Notes under the pieces: model-generated
Told to the model about the DNA's origin: nothing
The model's database searches: none
Seen by the model: only the letters and a program-made list of their open reading frames with translations
Shown here: positions 55,148 through 64,000 of the stretch, piece after piece
How the letters are laid out: every line of letters starts with the position of its first letter
Position numbering within the stretch: the first letter of the stretch is position 1
Source of the DNA: an uncultured Gemmatimonadales bacterium
Lineage (GTDB): Bacteria > Gemmatimonadota > Gemmatimonadetes > Gemmatimonadales > GWC2-71-9
DNA: 64,000 nt
Assembly: GCA_963739455.1 (NCBI GenBank)
Contig: CAVUAK010000002.1
Coordinates: 32,001-96,000 of the forward strand
Reading direction: 5' to 3'
Position numbers and translations under genes: made by a program

Positions 55148-56703
55148 CAGCGGGCCTCGTCCACTGAAGCCGCGACGGGACTGGCGGGGAGGTAGGGCCG
55201 GATCGTCTCCACGTACCGCTTCGCCGCGGCCTCGGTGCGGCGCAGGATCGGCTGCGGGATACAGGCCCATCCACACCATCGCCACGATCAGCGGCACCAG
55301 GACGGCCAGCTCACGCGGGGTGGCATCCTTGAGGTCCTGGTTCTCCGGCTGGGTGATCGGGTTGAAGAACACCCGTCTGCACCGCCACCAGCAGGTACGC
55401 CGCGGAGAAGACCACGACGGTGGTGGCGATGCCCACCGCGATCGGGAAGCGGCCGAAGCTGCCGATCAGGACCAGGAACTCGCCCACGAAGCCGTTGAGT
55501 CCCGGCAGCCCGATCGAGGCGAACGCCGTGATGACGAACGCCGCCGCGAGCTTCGGCGTAACCCGCGCGAGGCCGCCATAGTCGGCCAGCAGGCGCGTAT
55601 GTCGCCGCTCGTACAGCATGCCGACGAGGAAGAACAGCGCGCCCGGTCGAGATGCCGTGCGCGATCATCACGATGATGGCGCCCTGCACGCTCGCCACCG
55701 TGCCGCCCCAGATGCCGAGCATCACGAACCCGAGGTGGCTCACCGACGAGTAGGCGATCAGCTTCTTGAGGTCGGGCTGCACCATCGACACCAGCGCGGC
55801 GTAGACGATGCCGATCACCGCCAGCGCCACGAACACCGCCGCCACCGGGCGGCTCAGCGCGAACGCCGGGAAGAACGGGATCGCGAAACGCAGGAAGCCG
55901 TACGTGCCCATCTTGAGCAGGATCACCGCGAGGTCCACGCTGCCGGCCGTGGGCGCCTCGACGTGCGCGTCCGGCAACCAGGTGTGGAACGGGAAGATCG
56001 GCACCTTTACCGCGAAGGCGAGCGCGAAGGCGCTGAAGAGCCACGGCGCGTACGGCGCCAGCAGGTCGCTGTGCCGCACCAGGTGGTCGTAGGCGAAGGA
56101 GGTCTCGCCGGTGCCCCGCGCCACGATCGTGACCATCGTGATGATGGCCACCAGCATCAGGATCGAGCCGGCGAAGGTGTACACCACGAACTTCGTGGCG
56201 GCGTAGAGCCGGTTGCTGCTGCCCCAGGTGCCGATCAGGAAGTACATCGGGATGAGCAGCAGTTCCCAGAAGCAGTAGAACAGGAAGAGGTCGAGCGAGA
56301 TGAACACGCCGATCATGCCGGTCTTGAGCGCCAGCAGCAGGGCGTAGTATCCCCGCACCTTCTGGTCGATCGCGAACCAGCTGCCCCACACCAGCAGCGG
56401 CATCATCGCCGTCGCCAGCAGGATCATGAACAGCGACAGCCCGTCGAGGCCGATGCGGTAGCTGATGCCGAGTTCCGGCAGCCACGTCATCGTGAAGGCG
56501 AACTGCATCCCGCCGTTGTCGGGGTCGAAGGCCCACCAGAGCCCGAGCGCGAGCACGAACTCCGCGATCGCCACGATCAGCGTCAGCCAGCGGGCCCAGC
56601 GCTCCGGCGCCAGGAGCACCAGCGCCACGCCCGCCATGGGAAGGAGCAGGAGCACACTGAGGATCCAGTGCGCGTAGCCGATCGAGTCGAGGAAGGCGCG
56701 CAT
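55147..56703 (-). CDS. nuoM: NADH-quinone oxidoreductase subunit M (several frameshifts)
   Basis: [51 protein letters not shown]. Confidence 0.93.
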
Positions 56704-56709
56704 GCCGGC

Positions 56710-58726
<2,017 letters not shown>

Positions 58727-58727
<1 letters not shown>

Positions 58728-59032
58728 CAGCCGTGCAGCAAATTGATGTCCTGCAGGTCCAGCGTCTGGTTGTGACGGAACAAGGCCAGCATGATCGCCA
58801 GCCCGACTGCCGCCTCAGCCGCCGCCACCGTCATCACGAAGAAGACGAGGACATGCCCGCCGAAGCCGTAGTACCGGGCGAACGCCACGAACGTGAGGTT
58901 GACCGCGTTCAGCATCAGCTCCACGCACATGAAGAGGATGATGGCGTTACGGCGCAGCAGCGCCCCCAGCACCCCGATACTGAAGAGGATCCCGGAGAGC
59001 GCGAGCGTCGGGCCAAGCAGGTCGGGAGCCAT
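58727..59032 (-). CDS. nuoK: NADH-quinone oxidoreductase subunit K
   Basis: [25 protein letters not shown]. Confidence 0.96.
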
Positions 59033-59566
59033 TCAGATTCTCCGTTTCGCCAGGACCACCGCCCCGACGACCGCCGCGAGCAGCAGCACCGATGTCGCCT
59101 CGAAGGGGATCAGGTAGGCGTCGAACAGGGGGCGTGCCACGTCCAGCACGATGTTCTCCGACAGGGCGCCGGCCGGGATCGCGCCCGGGAAGCTGGTGGC
59201 GCCGGCCGGCAGCAGCTCCTGCGCGAGGCGCTCTGGCGTGTACACCCAGAGCGCGCCGAGCTCCACCGCAAGCAGTCCTGTCACCGCGACGGCGCCGCCG
59301 ATGCTCAGGGAACCCCGGAGGTCGGTGGCGGTGACGTCGAGGTTGAGCAGCATGATGACGAACAGGAAGAGCACCATCACCGCGCCGGCGTACACCAGCA
59401 CCTGGATGGCGGCCAGGAACGGCGCGTCGAGGATCACGAAGATTCCCGCCAGCGCGAACATCGTGGACACCAGCCACATGGCGGCACTCACCGGGTTGCG
59501 CCGCAGGACACACATCGCGGCCGAGATCACCGCGCCGGCGAAGAAGATCCAGAAGACGGTATGCAC
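59033..59566 (-). CDS. nuoJ: NADH-quinone oxidoreductase subunit J
   Basis: QVLVYAGAVMVLFLFVIMLL, PFEATS. Confidence 0.95.
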   Translation of the reverse strand: MHTVFWIFFAGAVISAAMCVLRRNPVSAAMWLVSTMFALAGIFVILDAPFLAAIQVLVYAGAVMVLFLFVIMLLNLDVTATDLRGSLSIGGAVAVTGLLAVELGALWVYTPERLAQELLPAGATSFPGAIPAGALSENIVLDVARPLFDAYLIPFEATSVLLLAAVVGAVVLAKRRI

Positions 59567-59568
59567 CG

Positions 59569-60087
59569 CTACTCGCCCTTCGGGTCGGCGGGGTCCCAGA
59601 GCGTCGACACCGGGTGCGTCTGGGAACAGAGGCGCTCGAGGTCGTACACGAACCGCTCACGGGTGTACTCCGAGTTCTCGTAGTGCACCCCGACGTGGAT
59701 CGCCTCCTCCGGGCAGACCTCCTGGCAGTACCCGCAGAAGACACAGCGGAACTCGTCGATTTCGTAGATGAGGGGATAGCGGTTCCCCGCCTCATCCTCG
59801 CCCGGGATCAGCTTGATGCAGTTGGCGGGACAGATCTGCGGGCAAAGGCCGCAGGCCACGCACTTGGCCCTGCCCTGCTCGTCGGTGAGCATGCGATGCG
59901 TGCCGCGCCAGCGGGCCGAGATCGCCCAGGTGCCACGCTTGTCGTCGACGCTGCGCTCCTCGGGATACTGCATGGTGAACTCCTTCCGGCCCATGTGCCG
60001 GAAGGTGAGCGCCATCCCCTTGAGCGTGGCCCGGAGATAGCTCATTTCCTTCTCCGGTCGCCGCAGCACCTTCACCCCGATGGCCAT
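59569..60087 (-). CDS. nuoI: NADH-quinone oxidoreductase subunit I
   Basis: TMQYPEE, CVACGLCPQICP and CVFCGYCQEVCP; ATG 60087. Confidence 0.95.
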   Translation of the reverse strand: MAIGVKVLRRPEKEMSYLRATLKGMALTFRHMGRKEFTMQYPEERSVDDKRGTWAISARWRGTHRMLTDEQGRAKCVACGLCPQICPANCIKLIPGEDEAGNRYPLIYEIDEFRCVFCGYCQEVCPEEAIHVGVHYENSEYTRERFVYDLERLCSQTHPVSTLWDPADPKGE

Positions 60088-61340
60088 CAGCCCTCCACCC
60101 GTGCTGAGGCGGGACGGAGCCGGCCACCAATGAGCGGACGGTCCGTGCGCCGCGGGCCGGAGCCCTTGAGCAGGATCCCGCGGTCGACCACCACCAGGAG
60201 CAGGAACACCAGCACGGCGCTCACCCCACCGAGCCCGAGCAGCACGCCCCGGGCGGACATTCCCACGACATACTGCAGCACGTACACCGTGCTGGTGACC
60301 ACGACGATGTACCCCAGCGCCACCGGCAGCATGAACTTCCATCCCAGCGCCATCAGCTGGTCATAGCGGAATCGCGGCAGCGTCCACCGCACCCACATGA
60401 CCACGAAGATCAGCGCCGAAGTCTTGGCCGCCATTGCCACCCCTGTGGCCAGGGTCTGCAGCACTCCGGGCGTCTCGTCCCAGCTCGTGAACGGGATGTC
60501 CCATCCGCCCAGGAACAGCGCCACGGTCATCGCGCACGACGTCAGCACGTTCGCATACTCGGCAATGAAGAACATCGAGAACTTGAACGCGCTGTACTCG
60601 GTGTGGTAACCCGCCACCAGCTCAGACTCCGCTTCGGGCAGGTCGAATGGGGCCCGGTTGGTCTCCGCGAACCCCGACACGAAGAACAGGATGAAGCCGA
60701 GCGACAGGGGCACGATGTACCAGGTGCGATGCTGCCCCTCGACCAGCGCGCTGAACGACACGTTGCCGACGAGCAGCAGCACCGGTACGACGCTCAGGCC
60801 CATCGCCACTTCGTACGACACCATCTGCGCCGCCGCACGCAGTCCGCCGATCAGGCTGTACTTGCTGTTCGAGGACCACCCCGCAAGTGCGATCCCGTAC
60901 ACGCCAAGCGACGTGATCGCCAGCACGTAGAGGAACCCGACCGGCAGGTCGGTGATGGCGATGGGTGTGGTGCCGGAATGCGAAATCTGGCCGAGGATCG
61001 GCAGCGTGAAATCGAAAGTGAGCGGAAGCGGTGCCGCCCAGGGGATCACCGAGCTGATGATCAACGCCGGGACAAAGGCCATGCAGGGTGCAATGAAGAA
61101 CAGTGCGCCGTTCGAGGTCGCCGGGAAGGTCTCTTCCTTGATCAGGTTCTTGATGCCATCGGCGACGGGCTGCAGGAGACCCGCATAGCCCATGCGATTC
61201 GGGCCGATACGGTTCTGCATCCATGCCGAGACCTTCCGCTCCATCAACGTCATGTACGCCACTGCCACCATCGTGATCGTGAAGATCACGAGCAGCTTGA
61301 GGACGGAAACGAGGATGTAGCCCTTGAGCTCCGGGGTCAT
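60087..61340 (-). CDS. nuoH: NADH-quinone oxidoreductase subunit H
   Basis: ERKV...QNRIGPNR, GLRAAAQMVSYE, AETNRAPFDLPEAESELV, PRFRYDQLM. Confidence 0.96.
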   Translation of the reverse strand: MTPELKGYILVSVLKLLVIFTITMVAVAYMTLMERKVSAWMQNRIGPNRMGYAGLLQPVADGIKNLIKEETFPATSNGALFFIAPCMAFVPALIISSVIPWAAPLPLTFDFTLPILGQISHSGTTPIAITDLPVGFLYVLAITSLGVYGIALAGWSSNSKYSLIGGLRAAAQMVSYEVAMGLSVVPVLLLVGNVSFSALVEGQHRTWYIVPLSLGFILFFVSGFAETNRAPFDLPEAESELVAGYHTEYSAFKFSMFFIAEYANVLTSCAMTVALFLGGWDIPFTSWDETPGVLQTLATGVAMAAKTSALIFVVMWVRWTLPRFRYDQLMALGWKFMLPVALGYIVVVTSTVYVLQYVVGMSARGVLLGLGGVSAVLVFLLLVVVDRGILLKGSGPRRTDRPLIGGRLRPASARVEG

Positions 61341-62915
61341 CGCGCCGCCCCTGCGAGTTGTGCCTGCAGCACTCGCCCAGTGAAGCCGAGATCAGCGTGT
61401 GTCAGGCCGGCGAACACCGGGTAGTACTGCCCCAGCGACGCGAAGGCCTCGGCACCGGTGCCGGGCGCGTCGCTGTCCGGGCCCGGGCCGGCCAGCACTT
61501 CACCAGCTACCCACCACGCCGGGCGCGCCATGCCGGGCGCGCCCTTCGCCTGCTGGAAGAGCTGCACCCGGCCATCGCGGTTCATGTAGGTACCGTTCTC
61601 TTCCGCCATCGTGGTGAGCGGAAGCACCAGGTGGGCCTTCTGGTGCGCGTCGCTTGCCACCGTACCCATCCAGACCAGCGTGCCGTTCGCCGCCGCGATC
61701 GCCTTCTCTTCCGCAGCGGACAACTCTGCGTCCACGACGATCACGAGTCCCGCCTTCTGGATCGCGCCCAGTGCCCGCTCGGTCCCCGCCACGTAGCCGG
61801 TGAGCTCCGCTCCCCTGAGGTTGGGTACCCGCTCGCGCCTGAGCGCAAGGTTCGGGATGCCCGCGAGAGGCGCCTCGTCTCCCATCGGCACGCCGATGGC
61901 CGCAGCGACGTCGCGGCCCGCCACCAGCTGCCGTATGAGACCGAGCGACTCCGTGCTCAGCCGACCGGACGCGAGGAGCACGACCGAGCCGGTGCTCTTC
62001 TTCAGCAACTCGCCCAGCCGGTCGAGGGCGGTGTCCCAGTCGGTGGCAACCATGCGAGAGCCCTCACGCATCAGTGGCGCCTCGATGCGGTCGCCGCGGT
62101 TGAGCCAGCGATATCCTTGCCGCCCCGTGTCGCACATGAAGTGGCGGTTGACGTCGAGGTTGGGGCGCGGCCGGAATCGCACCACCACGTCGTCACGGGT
62201 ATCGATGTTGATGTTGCAGCCCTGGGTGCACCCGGGACAGACGCTCGCCGTCTTGTCGAGGTCCCAGGCCCGCGCCTTGTGCAGGAAGTCCTTCGACAGC
62301 AGCGATCCCACCGGGCAGAGGTCCACCACGTTGCCCGCCCACGGATGATCGAGCAGCTGCTCCTCGGCGATGCCGATGTATGCGCGGTCGCCCCGCTCGG
62401 ACACGTTCAGCACCGGGGCACCGGCCACGTCGTCCATGAAGCGCACGCACCGGGTGCAGAGGATGCAGCGGTTGGGCACGTACAGCACGTCCGGGCCGAA
62501 TTCCTCGACCGGGTTGAAGCGCTTCGCGTACTCCCCGTACCGCGTGCTGCCGCGGCCTTCCTGGAACACGTAGTCCTGCAACTCGCACTCTCCCGCCTGG
62601 TCGCAGATGGGGCAGTCGAGCGGGTGGTTGATCAGCAGGAACTCGAGCACGCCCTGCCGCGCGTCCTTGGCCGTGGCGCTGTTGACGTGCACCACCTGCC
62701 CCTCCGACACCTGGGTGACGCAGGCAGGCAGGAGCTTCGGGTGCCTTCTCCACCTCCACCAGGCACATCCGGCAGACCGCGGGCGACGGCAGCGACGGGT
62801 GGTAGCAATAGTGCGGCACCAGCACGCCGGCATGCTTCGCCGCCTCGATGATCATCGTGCCCGCAGGGACCGTGACTGGCATTCCGTCGATGGTGACGGT
62901 GACGTCAGCACTCAT
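61337..62915 (-). CDS. nuoG: NADH-quinone oxidoreductase subunit G (short form; frameshift near 62742)
   Basis: PHYCYHP...CRMCLV, HPLDCPICDQAGECELQ, CILCTRCVRF, CPVG, CPGCTQGC. Confidence 0.93.
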
Positions 62916-64000
62916 ACGGCGGCCAGCACGGGGCGGCGAGCCCCGGCGATGTAGGCGTCGAACTCACCCCGGAACTTCTGGATGCCGCTGACCACCGGCG
63001 CCGCGCAGGAATCGCTCAGCACACAGATCGTCTTTCCCGTCATGTTGTCGGCCAGGTCAAGCAGGAGCTGCAGGTCGGCCTCCTTGCCGCGCCCGGAGAG
63101 GATCCGCTCGAGCACCTTCGTGGTCCACGCGGTGCCCTCGCGGCACTGCGTGCACTGGGCACACGACTCGTGGGCGTAGAACTTCGTGTAGCGCCAGATG
63201 GTCTTCACCATGTCGGTGCTGTCATCCATGACGATCACGCCACCCGACCCGAGCATCGAGCCCTTGGCCACGACCCCCTCGTAGTCCAGGAGACACTCCT
63301 CGGCTTCGGCAGCCGACATGATCGGCACCGACGAACCACCCGGGATCACCGCCTTGAGCGTGCGGCCGGGACGCATCCCACCCGCCATGTCGAAGATGAG
63401 GGCGCGCATTGGCGTCCCCATGGTCACTTCGTAGTTGCCGGGCCGCTGCACATGGCCGCATACCGACAGCAGCTTGGTGCCGGTGCTCTTCGGGCTGCTG
63501 AGCGACAACCCCTTGTACCACTCGGCGCCGCGCACCACGATGTGCGGCGTCGCGGCCAGCGTCTCCACGTTGTTGATGGTGGTTGGCATGCCGAACAGGC
63601 CCGCCTGCGCCGGGAATGGTGGCTTGATCCTCGGGTTGCCCCGCTTCCCCTCGATCGAGTTCATCATCGCGGTCTCTTCCCCGCAGATGTACGCCCCGGC
63701 GCCTCGGTGCAGCACGACGTCGATGCGCGTCCCGCTCCCGAAGACATTGGCACCGAGTGCCCCGTTGGCGTACGCCTCCTCCACCGCCTTCGTCATGATG
63801 CGCCACGGCTCGGTGAACTCGCCACGGATGTAGATGTAGATCGTCTCGGCCTGGATCGCATAGGCGGCGAGGGCACACCCCTCGATCACCGCGTGCGGCG
63901 TCCAGCGAAGGATTTCACGGTCCTTGAAGGTGCCCGGCTCCGACTCGTCGGCATTGCACACCAGGTAGTGCGGCTTGCCGTCGTCCTTCGGCATGAAGGA
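62912..64000 (-). CDS. nuoF: NADH-quinone oxidoreductase subunit F (5'-truncated by window)
   Basis: NADESEPGTFKDR, GAGAYICGEETA, ESCAQCTQCREG, GKTIC. Confidence 0.96.
   Translation of the reverse strand, partial: SFMPKDDGKPHYLVCNADESEPGTFKDREILRWTPHAVIEGCALAAYAIQAETIYIYIRGEFTEPWRIMTKAVEEAYANGALGANVFGSGTRIDVVLHRGAGAYICGEETAMMNSIEGKRGNPRIKPPFPAQAGLFGMPTTINNVETLAATPHIVVRGAEWYKGLSLSSPKSTGTKLLSVCGHVQRPGNYEVTMGTPMRALIFDMAGGMRPGRTLKAVIPGGSSVPIMSAAEAEECLLDYEGVVAKGSMLGSGGVIVMDDSTDMVKTIWRYTKFYAHESCAQCTQCREGTAWTTKVLERILSGRGKEADLQLLLDLADNMTGKTICVLSDSCAAPVVSGIQKFRGEFDAYIAGARRPVLAAV

Overview
High-GC bacterial chromosomal window made almost entirely of core genes. Gene content and order suggest Gemmatimonadota, but this is an inference. 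The + strand block (1-9146) runs der(3' end)-plsY-gpsA-merR-surE-pcm-dedA-acyP-apt, then a small accessory patch (three tandem paralogous lipoproteins on the - strand, tRNA-Arg(CCT), an LssY_C-domain protein and a TPR protein). An AT-rich gap follows that holds a canonical-looking 28-bp XerC/XerD dif site (9361-9388), where gene orientation switches from + to -. Everything from 9506 to the end is on the - strand except one ABC exporter pair. That block contains dapF; a glycosylation module (GT2, GT4, flippase-like, YfhO-like, Ppm1-like) appended to kdsB-pyrG-kdsA-kdsC-kdsD-lptC-lptA-like-lptB-rpoN; a glutamine amidotransferase; xerD-TolC-MFP-RND; a DedA-TerB fusion; ispF; futalosine-pathway mqnE/A/C; the yceD-rpmF-plsX-fab operon; ndk; sucCD; UPF0182; PMM/PGM; and nuoF-N. 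Many essential genes are broken by single-base indels, which look like long-read assembly errors rather than pseudogenes. I found no CRISPR array, prophage or transposase. The most notable items are the probable replication-terminus dif site, a family of 7-nt-periodic tandem/inverted repeats at gene junctions, the lipoprotein triplet, the DedA-TerB fusion and the rpoN-linked glycosylation module. I cannot show from sequence alone that any of these is a previously undescribed system.
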